Source: Rhizophagus irregularis (taxonomy: Eukaryota). Taken from it: DNA of 64,000 nt. The notes beneath the pieces are model-generated. The model ran no database searches. It was not told where the DNA came from and saw only the letters and a list, made by a program, of their open reading frames with translations. Made by a program: the position numbers and the translations under genes. This document shows, piece after piece, positions 25,690 through 38,756 of this stretch (position 1 is its first letter; each line of letters begins with the position of its first letter). The stretch covers positions 4,092,001-4,156,000 of the forward strand of contig NC_089429.1 in NCBI RefSeq assembly GCF_026210795.1. Direction: 5' to 3'.

Positions 25690-26150
25690 ATGGTCTAACT
25701 GATGAATCCCTATTTGCGAGAACTGATCCATTAGGGTCTATGCTTATAATTTGAATATTAGGCCATTTCTCTTTCAATTTCCTATCCACTCCTGTAATTG
25801 TGCTATAAATACGCACAAGAACTTAATATTTCTTCAGCTGTATGATCATAATGAGCTATAGGATTAAATGGATTAGAATATTAATTAATTCAAAATTGTA
25901 AAATTAGGAATCTCCGTTTAGCAACTCCAATAATATGAGATTCGGGTAAATCTGATGTTGCTTCAGTTGGTGAATGGACAATTTCTGCTCCAGATATCCT
26001 TTTACAACAGTTGCTAATGCAGTATTTTCAGAAGTTGGCCCAATAATTGTATATCCTAGTTTGAGTTTCCCTGCTTTTTCAGCTTTCTCAATCATACATT
26101 TACCAATATCAATATATATAGATCCACCAGCATTAAAAATTCACATTTTT
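25690..26150 (-). pseudogene. Decayed cystathionine beta-synthase / cysteine synthase fragment
   Basis: KCEF-NAGGS...[68 protein letters not shown]. Frameshifted and internally deleted. Confidence 0.75.
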
Positions 26151-26397
26151 CTACTATTAAATTTTAAGAAAATAGTTAATAAATTAATTTATAAATTAAA
26201 ATAACAAAAAATATGAATGAAGTCTTAATATTTACATATTTCATATCTATTCCCTTAATTTCGTGATATTAATAGATTCAGAAAAATTTTATTTAAATTT
26301 AACTAAACCATATGCAGAACTAATTTAACGTGTTTTTGCTCACATGGAAAATGATCTGCAATTTAAATAAAGCAATTTGTGGCCTTAATTTCGTAAC

Positions 26398-27850
26398 ATG
26401 GCGTCAAATTTTTCCACTATTGAGGAACAGCAATTTGAAGAATTTGCTAATACGATAATACAAGGTTCAAGAAACTCTCTTGATAGTAGTGATATTAATA
26501 TGATAGAACTTTGGATAGAAAGACTAAATACCCTTTCAACTATGTATTCACGTTTATTAAATATACAAGAGAGAACATATTATAATACACGAATAAGTAC
26601 AATTTTGCAACTCTCAGATCAGCTTAACGTTCAAATTGAAGCTTTACAAGATACAAATTCCAATGGTATGGCATTATCTTTTCAACCAACAGGTGGTAGG
26701 TATAAAATAATTATTTTAGAATGTGCATTACGCCTATTAAGAGAGGAAGGTTTCAATTGGAGTCAGATTGCAGAAATTTTTAATGTTTTAGCAAAAACAA
26801 TTTATCGTCGTCGTAAAGAATTTAATATACCAGATGATCTAGCAAATTATATGAATATAACGGATGATCAACTTGATAATATTGTCAAAGGTTTAAGAGC
26901 TGAACACCCTTTTTTTGGACAAGTTCTTTTAATGGGATCAAATACATTCTTTAGGAATAAGAATTCCACGTCAACGTTTACGTGATTCATTACAAAGAAT
27001 TGACACATTTGGTATTCTTAATCGTTGGTCTAATATTATTCCAAGAAGAATATATAGTGTAGCTGGACCTAACTGTCTTTGGCATATAGATGGTAATCAT
27101 AAATTAATACGATGGAAATTTATTATACACAGGGGTATAGATGGTTTTTCAAGGATGATAACATACCTCAAATGTTCAGGGAATAATCGTTCTGATACTG
27201 TTTTATCTGCTTTTATGAGTGCATGTCAACTATTTGGAATACCCAGTTGTGTTCGAGCTGATAAAGGAGGTGAAAATGTAAAAGTTCAACAATATATGGA
27301 AGGATACCGAGGCAGTAACCGTGGCAGCTTTATTGCTGGACGATCAGTACATAACCAATGTATAGAAAGGTTGTGGTTAGATTTAAAACGTGTCATTAAA
27401 ATTTATATAATTATTTTTCATTATCTAGAAGAAAACTGTGGATTAGATATTGAAAATGAAGTTTATCTGTATTGTTTACATTATGTTTATTTACCAAGAC
27501 TTAATAATATTTTAAAGTTATTTTCAGATGCTTGGAATTCTCATTCATTACGAACTGAACATAATTTAATACCAATACAACTATTTACTAAAGGTATGAT
27601 GCAATATGGTATTAGAGGCTTAGAAGATTCAGTAATTAATCCAACAGAATATGGCATTGATTGGAATGGCCCTATTCCATCAGTAGAATCAGATACAGTT
27701 ATTGTAAACGAACCAGGTAATATTTTAGATAATGATCAATATACAAATTTAATATCTAGGGTTAATCCATTACAAATTGATAATTGTTATGGTATCAATG
27801 TTTATTTAGAATGTGTATCTGTAGTTGCTGAAATATTGAGAAATTCTTAA
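26398..27850 (+). pseudogene. IS3EU-like DDE integrase/transposase (HTH plus rve core), 1-bp frameshift near 26941
   Basis: HTH WSQIAEIFNVLAKTIYRRR. After the shift: [61 protein letters not shown]. Confidence 0.85.
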
Positions 27851-29045
27851 TAAAGTTTGAAAAACTAAATTTGCCTAAATTATTAATAATAAAAATTACA
27901 AGCAATTTGGAAATAATAAATTATTATAAATACCGATATTAAGTTATTACATATTACCTTTGAAAAATATTTAAGTTATTAAATTTCAAATTTTCTTAAA
28001 AGTAATTTTAGGTATTAATTAAAGTTCAAATAAACTGAAATTTTATACTGTAAATTCAAAAAATATAAAATCTATATTAAATAAAAATTTACTTTTAGTA
28101 CAATATAAATTTTTACAATATTAAAATATTGTATAAAGTAAATATAAAATTCATTTATTTATAATTTACAATAGATCCTTAAAAAAAGTTGCTAATCTTA
28201 ACCAGAAAGATAATTTCCCCTTAAAAATTAAAAAAAAATAACCTTTTTTTCCTATGAAATATATAAATAAATATAATTGGATATTAACTGCATAAAAATT
28301 TGGCAATTTTTGGGTTTAAAAAAATGTTTTATTATAAAAACTAAAATTTTGTAATTTCTTCAAAAACCATCTGAATAACTACTTTTTTTAACTTAATAAA
28401 ATCTTTTTGTTCCATAAATTTACATAATCCTATTTTTAGATTACTATTTAAGTCAATATTTTAGTTAAAAATTGAAATTAAGGAAAAAAAAGGAAAATTC
28501 CCTTCAGTTAAGTTTAGTAATTATCTTTATTTAATATATAAAGATCTTAAAAATTTACTAATTTCTTTTATTATTATAATAAAGTAAAAAATTTATAAAT
28601 AAATATTTATATAATACCTTATATGTTATATAAATCCTTTAAAACAAATAATAAAAAAAGTTTATAATATATCCATATATAATATTAAAAAGTAATATTT
28701 GTAAATTTACTTTTATTATTTGTAATTTATTTAACAAAGCTATTTTTTTTATCATTTGGCAAAAAAATTCCTTTTTTAGAAATTGTATAACTTTGTGTAA
28801 CTCAAATTTCAATTTTTGCTAAAGTAAAAATTTTTTTTTTGATTTAAGTAATATTACATAATATAAATTGATCAAATTTCCAATAAAATTAAACTTTTTT
28901 TTTTATTTTTTAATTAAATATTTTTTATTAATTGAAATAATTAAACTATAATAAATATATATTAATAGAACTCCACTTATTTATAATAAAAAATTACTGT
29001 AAAAAATTAATAAATTTTACCTTACTTTTTTTTTAAATTCTATTA

Positions 29046-29584
29046 TGGTGCTGGAACTCTATACTCAAAAATAAAATTGTGATAATTATAAATCTTTTAA
29101 CACTTTAATAAAATAGAATTTCAAAGAAATAAACCAGTAACTTTGTTCTACAAGACAAGTACTATTAAATTACCAGTCAGATTTTCAAAAAAATATCTAC
29201 ATAAAAAGTTATAAGCGTTTGAAATTTGGTTATTTTTATATGATTGGCCCAAATTTGAAACAAAAAGTCACATAAATGCATTTATTTTATGAGAATTTAC
29301 ATAAATCGTATTGACATTTAATTATTTTAAGGCTTAAAATGGCTTAAAATGTCCTTAATTTACTTAAAAGTCAAAATTCAACCCCATTTTAGCTTGATTG
29401 TTCTTAAATAAATACTACTTTCTGCTTTATTCTTTAGCCGATTTCCTTTTTTTTCCTTTTTGTACATGCTCGTATCTGTTTTTTCTATTTTTTGTCTAAA
29501 ATTGTGAGTTTTTATTGGCTATTGTGCTTCTCACGTGATAAATTAAAAATTTGAAACATTTTTGAGTATAGAGTTCCAGCACCA
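29046..29584. mobile_element. MITE with TA TSD (Tc1/mariner-like)
   Basis: Perfect TIR (TA)TGGTGCTGGAACTCTATACTCAAAAAT / ATTTTTGAGTATAGAGTTCCAGCACCA(TA). Confidence 0.85.
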
Positions 29585-31699
29585 TAGTTTATCATAAAAT
29601 TTCCTTTTATAATAAAATTTGCAAAGAATTTTATATCTTAGATTTGGAATAATCTATTTTATAAATAAGTAGGATTTTATATTAATATATATATTTAAAT
29701 ATTTTTTCTAAATTTAAATTATAACTTTTTAAAATTTTTTAAAATTTTCTTTAAACTTTTTAATATAACTAAATATTAAATAAATAATCAAGTTGAAATA
29801 TTCTAATTATTATATAATTAAAAGATTATATAATAATTGTTATTTAAAAAGTAAAAAAGTTTAGATTAAAAAGAAAAAGGTATAATATAAATTAATAAAT
29901 TAATACTAAATTGAATTAAAGATATTATTTCAAAAAAAAATCAATTAACAATTAAGTTTATATATTAGGCTATTCCAATTTAATTGAGTTTATATTTATA
30001 TTTTCTTAAAAAATCTAAGAAGAAAAAAATTAAAATAAATAATATTAATAATAAACATATAAATTTTAAAAAATAAAAATTTAATAAAAATCAAATAGTA
30101 AACCATATCCGATTCTATGATCTATAATTTATTCATTTAATAAAGTATTAAATAAATCTTTATGCAAATTAGAAATAAAAATTAAGTAAAATTTTATATT
30201 AATGAAATAATACTAAATTAAAAGACAAATATTTATTTATTAAAAGTTAATTACAATATATAGTTTTAAAAATATGTATTTTTTTAAAGTATTTAACATA
30301 TTTTACTAAAATATTACAATTTTAAAAAAACAATAAATTAAATATTTTACTATTTATTTATAAAATCTGAAAATACAATAATATAATTTATTTATAAATT
30401 TGATACAATTTTAATAGTATATTTTTATGATTTTATTGCAATTTTAATAACTAATTTTGCATAATTCAATTAAATCAGATAGTGATTATCTTAATATATA
30501 ATAACTTTTTACAATAACTTTCTATTATAATTAAATTACTAATAATTAAAGTTTTATAATAAAATTTACATAATTACTATTTAAGTTTCAATTTTAAAAG
30601 TTTTTGTAAAGTTTTTTAAAAAAATTTTTTTAAAAAAAACTTTTATTAATTAATAAGAATTATTCTTATTAATATGTTACCATTTTAGAATAAAGCAGAC
30701 TTTTTCTTAAAATTCTTTATTTAATTTAAAATTAACTTGATAATAAATATCTTTTATAAATAATAACAAATTTACTAATTTATTTATAACTATAATATGA
30801 AATGAGTGTTGAAAAAAGGGACTAAATTAACAAAAAAATTTGTTTAAAATAACAAATATTTTGAATCAAATGATCAAATCTACATTTATTTTACCTATAA
30901 ACTTTTTTTTGAAAAAAATTTCAATTTGATTTCTTTTTCCAATATTCACCCTATATTATAAAGCAATTAAAATATTATACATATAAGTAAATATAAATAA
31001 CTATTATAAAATAACTTTTTATGAAAAACAGTCTTTTATTTATATAATTAAATTTAAAAAAGTAAAAATTTTTTTTAAAATTTTTATTAAATTGCATTAA
31101 AATTTCCAATAAATTTTTTTATTAAAAAAAAATCTTATATTAAAAAAAAAATTTTTAATAAAATTCTTTATCAATTGATAAATGCTTTACCTATTTTAAT
31201 AAATTGTTAGTATTTTAAAAAAATTAAAAAATACTATAGAAATATTAAAATTAAAAATTGAATAAAAAAATAAAATTAAAATATTATAATAAAATATATA
31301 AAAGGTTATATATGCAAAATCTATATAATATAATAAAAAAATACATGTTGATTTTCTAATGTTTATAAATAATCTTTAAATTATATACCGTATAATTCAG
31401 TGCTTGATTATTTATTTGATTGGAAAACATATAAGTTTTTTTAGCTAATTTTTGATCAGTTAAACTTAAAATTTTATTGCAAAGATATTTTTAAAAAAAT
31501 TTTTTGCAAACATATTTATTCAAAATAATCTTATTCAATGAAATTTTATTTGCAAATATTAAAATTTAAGTTCCATATTTTTGATTTTAAAGAAAAAAAT
31601 TACCATATTTATTTTTAATGAAGTAATACAAATAAAAAATAATAATAATAAATAAAAAAGATAAGTAAATTATAATGATTAAGGAAAAAGATACTAATA

Positions 31700-32280
31700 A
31701 AAAAAATGAAATAACAATGGATTAATAGAAAGTAATAAAAGAAGAAATGGAATAAAAAAAAAGTAATAAAAAGTGATAGGAAATAAAAAGGAAAAATAGG
31801 ACATGATGAATGATGAAAAAGAGTAATAGGAAATGAAAAGAAGTGATAGGAGATGAAAAGAAATGATGGAAAGATGAAAAGGAATGATAAAAGACAAAAA
31901 GGAATAATAAAAATATGAAGAGAAGTGATGGAAATATGAAGAAGAGTAATTGGAATATGAAGAGAAATGATGGGAAGATAAAAAGGAGTAATAGGAAACG
32001 AAAAGGAGTGATGAGAGATGAAGAGAAGTGATAGAAGACAAAACAGAATGATGGAAGATAAAAAGAAGTGATAGGAGACGAAGAGGAGTGATAGAAGATA
32101 AAAAGAAATGATGGGAAATAAAAGGAAGTGATGGAAAATAAAAAGTAGTGATAAGAAATAAAAAGAAATGATGGGAAGTAAACAGAAGAGAAAAAGAAAT
32201 AATGGAAAATAAAAACTAAAATGTAATAAAAAATAATGGAAAACGAATAATGAGAAGTAATATGAGATGAAAAATGATGA
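31700..32280 (+). repeat. GA-rich degenerate tandem repeat (about 21 bp, GAAGTGATGGAAAATAAAAA-like)
   Basis: Many imperfect copies; source of spurious F/L/I-rich ORFs. Confidence 0.75.
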
Positions 32281-32605
32281 GATTTTACTTCGAATCAATG
32301 TCAATTTCCAGTATGTGTTGCATTCTCAATAACAATTAATAAATTATAAGAGCAAACTCTGAGCAGAGTTGGTGTTTATTTACCTGAACCTGTTTTTACA
32401 TATAAACAATTAGCAATTATATATTGCTTTCTTAAAAGTAATTGTATATCAATATATTAAGATTTTTAAAGAACTGCAAGACAAGAAATATATACTGTGA
32501 AATATTTCATTCTATAAATAGAATTTACATTTAAAAGTAATATTTTGTATATATAATAATATTTCATGTATAATATTTTATATAATATTCATATACAATT
32601 CACAT

Positions 32606-33014
32606 TAGGATTTTATAAAAAATTGCCATAGCGATGTGTCGCAAGTATCACGTGACTTTACATATGTGAATAATTTGTCACCTCACGTCACATCCTCTAG
32701 TTCTCCATTTTTATTATTTATTCTGGGGACTTAGAATTTTTTCAGTGCAAAAAATACTATTTGTCACTCCCTATACATCACATGCTTAATCTCGGCCAAA
32801 TTTTATAACGCTGGCCAAAATATCCTTTTTTGGAGCTTTAAGTAACGTTACATAATCCAAAAAAGGCAATTTTATTTTTCAGCAAAATTCAAGTTTTTGT
32901 TACACAAAACTTCCAAAAAAGGAAATTTCTTTGATGATCTTTTAATTCTGCCGGAATTATAAAATCACATAACACTGGCAATGTATCGCCATGGCGATAA
33001 AAAACAAAACCCTA
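32606..33014. mobile_element. Degenerate MITE
   Basis: About 55-bp imperfect TIR (TTGCCATAGCGAT...ATCGCCATGGCGA). TSD not clear. Confidence 0.6.
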
Positions 33015-33944
33015 TAAATTATATAAATTTATTAGATTATTTTCTTCTAATCTTATTATACTGTAAATAATATTATTAAATACTAAGCTTATTTCTAAAA
33101 TATAGCATTATAGCTATGTCATTGTTATTTTTCTATTTAATTCTTTTAATTTTTATTAAAGAAAAAAATTATTATAAAATAAAATTCACCAATACTGCAA
33201 TAAATTTTTTATTATAAAAATTTACTAATAAAAAAAAATATTCTATCAATAAAATTTTTTATTAAAAAAATTTTCAAAACTCTTCAAATAAAAAAATCTT
33301 ATTAAAATTTCCAATAAAATTTTTTATAAAAAAAAATCTTTTATATTAAAAAAAAAAATTTTTAATAAAATTCTTTACCAAAAAGTTTTCTAATGAAAAT
33401 TTTTATATAAAAAAAAAATAAATATTTGCTTATTTTAGCAAACTGTTTATACTTTAAGAAAATTAAAAAATACTATAGAAATATTAAAATTAAAAATTGA
33501 ATAAAAAAAATAAAATTAATTTAAAGACTAAAATATTATAGTAAAATATATAAAAAGTATATATGCAAAATTTTATTATAACATTTTATTTATAATTTTA
33601 AATTTTTTTTAATTTCTTATTAAAGAAAAATCTTTATAAAATAAAATTCATTAACACATTTTTTATTATTATAAAAATTTACTAATAAAAAAAATATTTT
33701 ACCAATAAAATTTTTTATGATAAAAAAATCTCATTAAAACCTTTAATAAAATTTTTCAAATTTTTCAATAAAATTTTTTATTAAAAAATTTTTTAATAAA
33801 AGTTTATATAAAAAATAAATGCTAAATTAAATAAAAAAAATAAAATTAAAAAATCTAAAATTAAAGATTAAAAATAAGAATAAATGTATTTGTAACAGCC
33901 TGTCACATATCTTATTTGTAATATCCTTTTTTTATTTTTTTTTA

Positions 33945-35730
33945 GGATTAATTTTACATTCACCTCTGGTGAATTTCACCTTGATCTGCAATGCATTAAA
34001 ATTTTAAATTTACCCCGGTGAAATTCACCAGGTGATTTCATATTACACAAACGCGTAGCGCATATTTTGTTTTTTGCTTTCTTGTAGTATTATTTCCAAA
34101 ATGGCTGGAACTTCTTTAAGGTAAGATTTTTTTTATTTTCTTATTACTTCGCTAGTTTAATGTTCTTTTTCTCTTATGCTAACTCATTAACTTGTTTTTC
34201 AGAAAACAATTTCAAATAACTTCAAGAGGTTTAAGGTAAGACTCACTTTTATTGCTAGTATTTTGCTATTTTATTGTTTTCTTTATTGAAAATAATACTA
34301 ACAGTTTCTTTTATTTTCTATCATCACTTTATTCCCTTTTCATTTTCTATATCCATTTCACTCCCTTTTCATTTATTTGCTATTATTTTTTTCGCTCCTT
34401 TTGTTTTTTATTATTTCATTATTCCCTTCGCTTCCATTTTATTTTTCTATCATTCCCTTTGCTCCCATTTTGTTTTTAATTATCCTTTTCATTTATCATC
34501 GTCCCTTTCACTCCCATATCATTTTTCATCACTCCATATTGCTGATTGCTCCATATTGTTTTTCATTACTCCATATCATTCCATATCATTTTTCATCACG
34601 CCATATCGCTCTATATCATTCTATATACTCCATATCATTTTTCATCACTCCATATTGCCCCATATCATTTTTCATTGCTCCATATTTCTCCATATCATTT
34701 TTCATCACTCCATATTGTTCCATATCGTTTTTTATCACCCATATCATTTTTCATCATTCCATATCGCTCCATATCATTTTTTTCATCACTCCATATCGCT
34801 CCATATCGTTTTTCATCACGCCATATTTTCCCATATCGTTCCATATTGTTTTTCATCACTCCATATCGCTCTATATCATCTTTCATCACTCCATATCGCT
34901 CCATATCGTTCCATATCATTTTTCATCACGCCATATCGCTCCATATCATTCTATATACTCCATATCATTTTTCATCACTCCATATCGCTCCATATCGTTC
35001 CATATCATTTTTCATCACTCCATATCGTTCCATATCGTTCTATATCGCTCCATATCACTCCATATCGTTTTTCATCACTCCATATCGCTCCATGTCATCT
35101 TTCATCATTCCATATCGCTCCATATCGGGTTTCATCATTTCATATCGCTCCATATCATTTTCCATCATCTCCATATCGTTTTTCATCACTCCATTTCGTT
35201 TTGCAACATTCCATTTCATTTTTGTCATTTCATTTCATTTACATCATCCCATTTCACTCCCATTTTGTTTTTCATCATCCCTTTACTCCAATTTCATTTT
35301 TCACATTGTCTTTTTAATTTCATCATCCACTTCATTCCTTTTTTATATATTCATTTCTTTTCCGTCATAAAATTATTAATTGTTAACTGAATTATAAAGG
35401 ATTATATATCTTATGCATTACTATAGGTTTTAAATTAATAAAAAACTTAGATTAAATGGTTAGTGGATGGGTGTAATAGTTTAATTAAAGTTATGTATAT
35501 TCTTGTAATTTAAAAAGAAACTTTTCGTTAATAAAACTTTATAAGTTCATGCTAAATGGTCAATAGAAAAACTTTTTTACACGTTTTTATTCAAACATAA
35601 AAATTTGAAGTTACGTAATTACCGATCTTAGCAAAATTTTAATATAATAATAAATATCACGTGATATGGTGAAATTCACCTTCCGGAGTCCTCCGGTGAA
35701 TTTAACCTCCGGTGAGCGTTAAAATGATCC
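33945..35730. mobile_element. Non-autonomous MULE-like element carrying a minisatellite
   Basis: GGAT...ATCC termini with imperfect ~35-bp TIR, subterminal GGTGAAATTCACC palindromes, 10-bp TSD TTTTTTTTTA. Confidence 0.7.
34510..35200 (+). repeat. 10/20-bp minisatellite (CCATATCGCT / CCATATCATTTTTCATCACT)
   Basis: Dozens of units on a 10-bp register. Confidence 0.9.
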
Positions 35731-35902
35731 TTTTTTTTTAATAATAGATTTAGTATGTATTTTACAAATAAAATTTTTATATGCAAAATTTAATTTGGAA
35801 AACTTTTACTTAATGTATTTAAGACAGTTTCATAAACAAAATTTTAAGTTATAAACAGTTTTTTGAAATTTTTTAAAAAATTTTTTTGTCTTGGTTACAT
35901 AA

Positions 35903-36106
35903 GGTGACACAAAGTGGTAAAAATGGTTTTCATAATATAAAAATTTCATCAATAACCCGGAAACCCAGCTTTTTATATGTGAAAATTTTTTTCAATTTTT
36001 AAAAAATTCTCACCCGGCATAGTAATAATATAAAAATTTTATTTTTGACTTAACAAAAACTGACCCGGCCGGGATATGAAAACCATTTTTATCACTTTAT
36101 GTCGCC
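35903..36106. mobile_element. PIF/Harbinger-like MITE
   Basis: TAA|GGTGACACAAAGTGGTAAAAATGGTTTTCATA ... TATGAAAACCATTTTTATCACTTTATGTCGCC|TAA. Confidence 0.8.
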
Positions 36107-36340
36107 TAACTGATCTGTATATACAAAATTTTATTATAAAATTCTTTTAATTTCTTATTAAAGAAAAATCTTTATAAATAAAATTTACTAACATATTTTT
36201 TATTATAAAAATTTACTAATAAAAAAAATATTTTACCAATAAAATTTTTTTATAGAAAAAAAAATCTTACATTAAAAAAAAAATTTCAATAAAATTCTTT
36301 ACCAAAAAATTTTTTAATAAAAATTTATATAAAAAAAATA

Positions 36341-36736
36341 GGGTATTGCTAAATATCATCAGTGGTGATCGTCATCACATGTAAAATATTTTTTGAATTT
36401 TCAAAAATTTTTAACTGAGATATTATTCTAATTATAATATAAATATCATTATTATATGTAAATTTATGGGTAGAATAAGTTTGCCTTAGATTATAAAGGC
36501 TGTTGTTTAGATAGTTTTTGAGAAAAATAGGAAAGTTTGATTTTATAAGCAAAATACAATTTTTTGTTTTAAAAATGTGATTAGTATCTACTTAGGTTTA
36601 TTTTACACATTTATTATTTAAATTGAAATTTTTGAAAAAAAATTTACGATGTGTTTTTTAACTCTGGCTAAAATTATAATTTTCGGCCAGAATTAAGTGA
36701 TGTAGTGATGATCACCACTGGTGATATTTAGCAATC
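36341..36736. mobile_element. MITE with TIRs related to the 2144-21232 MULE
   Basis: TTGCTAAATATCATCAGTGGTGATC ... GATCACCACTGGTGATATTTAGCAA, flanked by AAAAAATA on both sides. Confidence 0.75.
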
Positions 36737-37424
36737 AAAAAATAAAAAAATAAATCTTTGCCTATTTTAACAAACTATTATATTTTAAAAAAATCAAAAA
36801 ATACTATATAAATATTAAAATTAAAAATTGAATAACAAAAAATAAAATTAAAAAGTCTAAAATTAAAGATCAAAAATAAAATTAAAATACTATAATAAAA
36901 TATATAAAAGATTATATATGCAAAATTTATTATAACATTTTATTTTATACTTCAAATTCTTTTAAAGAAAAAAATCTTTATAAAATAAAATTTACCAATA
37001 CATTTTTTATTATAAAATTTTACTAATAAAAAAAATATTTTACCAATAAAAAAACTTCCAAATATAAATTCCATTAAAATTTTTAATAAAATTTTTCTAA
37101 CAAAATTCTTTACCAATAAATCCTCTAATAAAAGTACTATATAAAAGAAATAAATACTTTGTTTATTTCAGTAAACTAACTGCAAGAAAATCAAAAAATA
37201 TTATAGAAATATTAAAATTAAAAATTAAATAAAAAAAATAATTTAAAAAATTTAAAATTAAAGATTAAAAATAAAATTAATAAAATATATAAAGGTTATT
37301 ATACAGTCAACTTTCTGTAAATATACCTTCTATAAATGTACACCCTCTATAAATGTACCTTTTATCTAATCTCAAATATGCAAAATTTTATTATAATATT
37401 TTATTTTGAAAATTTTAAAGTATA

Positions 37425-38084
37425 CACGGGGTGTTTGAACAGGACCCCGAATATTACTAAAACAACTCAGATCCTATATAACTAAAATTTCAAAATGTGA
37501 TATCTCAGTCAATATTACACCTAAAAAGATGAATTATATATCAAAATGTTCGTCTCGTTGAAACGAATCTAACAAGCCAAAGATCATTAATATCCAATCA
37601 CTGGATCCCGAGATAGCAAATTTTGAGTCTAAAATTTACATATAACTTTATACATTTGGAACAGAAATTAATTATAAGGTTTATACAAATTCAGATCTGA
37701 GTTTTTTTAGTAATATTCGGGGTTCTATGAACACAGGTCATGTGAAATATAATGACACTAATGTTACACCCTTTTACTTTTTCTATGCAATATATGTATT
37801 TTTGACTGCTCTATAAGTTTACTTAAGGCATCAAAAGGGGGTTTTGAATGTTGTTTTGACTTATATATGAAAAATTGTCTTTGTCGATCATTTCCTAAAT
37901 TTTTTAAGAGTGATCGGCAAAATCAATTATTTATAGGTAAAGTCAAAACTGATATTTAAAAGCACCTTTGATTCCTTAGGTAAACTTGTAAAGCAGGCAA
38001 AAATCCATTTATCTACTAATTTTGAAGTTTATACTATTAGTCAAAATGGTAATAATCACATAACCCAGATTCAAACATCCTGTG
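37425..38084. mobile_element. Tc1/mariner-like MITE (TA TSD) with a nested MITE
   Basis: TA|CACGGGGTGTTTGAA ... TTCAAACATCCTGTG|TA. Confidence 0.7.
37441..37726. mobile_element. AGGACCCCG-type MITE (same terminus as 21886-22180)
   Basis: AGGACCCCGAATATTACTAAAACAACTCAGATC ... GATCTGAGTTTTTTTAGTAATATTCGGGGTTCT. Confidence 0.8.
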
Positions 38085-38756
38085 TACAAATAGAAATTGC
38101 CTTTTATTTTATAGTCTTAAATTCTTTAAATTTTTATTAAAGAAAAAAATCTTTATAAAATAAAATTCACCAATATTGCAATACATTTTTTATTATAAAA
38201 ATTTACTAATAAAAAAAAATTATACCAATAAAATTAAAATTTCCAATAAAATTTTTTATAAAAAAAAATTAAAAAAAAAATTTTTTAACAAAATTCTTTA
38301 TCAAAAAAATTTCTAATGAAAATTTTTATATAAAAAAATAAATACTTTACTTATCTTAGCAAACTGTTTATACTTTAAGAAAATTAAAAATACTATATAA
38401 ATATTAATAAATAAAAAAAATAAAATTAAAAAATCTAAAATTAAAGATTAAAAATAAAATTAAAATACTATAGTAAAATATATAAAAGATTATATTATAT
38501 ATGCAAAATTTTATTATAACATTATATTTTATAATTTTAAATTCTTTTAATTAAAAATCTTTATAAAGTAAAATTCACCAACACATTTTTTATTATAAAA
38601 CTTTACTAATAAAAAAAATATATAAATTTTCTGTTAAAAACTTTCAAAACTCTTTAGATAAAAAAAATCCCATTAAAACTTCTAATAAAATTTTTTATAA
38701 AAAAAAAAATCTTTTATTAAAAAAAAATTTTCCAACAAAATTCTTTACCCATTTTA

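Noticed and set aside
26930..26990. IS3-style programmed -1 frameshift between the two integrase ORFs
   Set aside because: The downstream frame is +1 relative to the upstream ORF and there is no clear slippery heptamer. A 1-bp insertion is simpler.
31615..32304. F/L/I-rich 229-aa 'membrane protein' ORF
   Set aside because: Translation of a low-complexity GA/CT repeat.
34252..35390. Long overlapping ORFs of 274-347 aa
   Set aside because: Products of a stop-poor minisatellite open in all three frames.
37304..37360. CAGTCAAC Tc1/pogo-like left end
   Set aside because: No matching right end found; only a truncated remnant.
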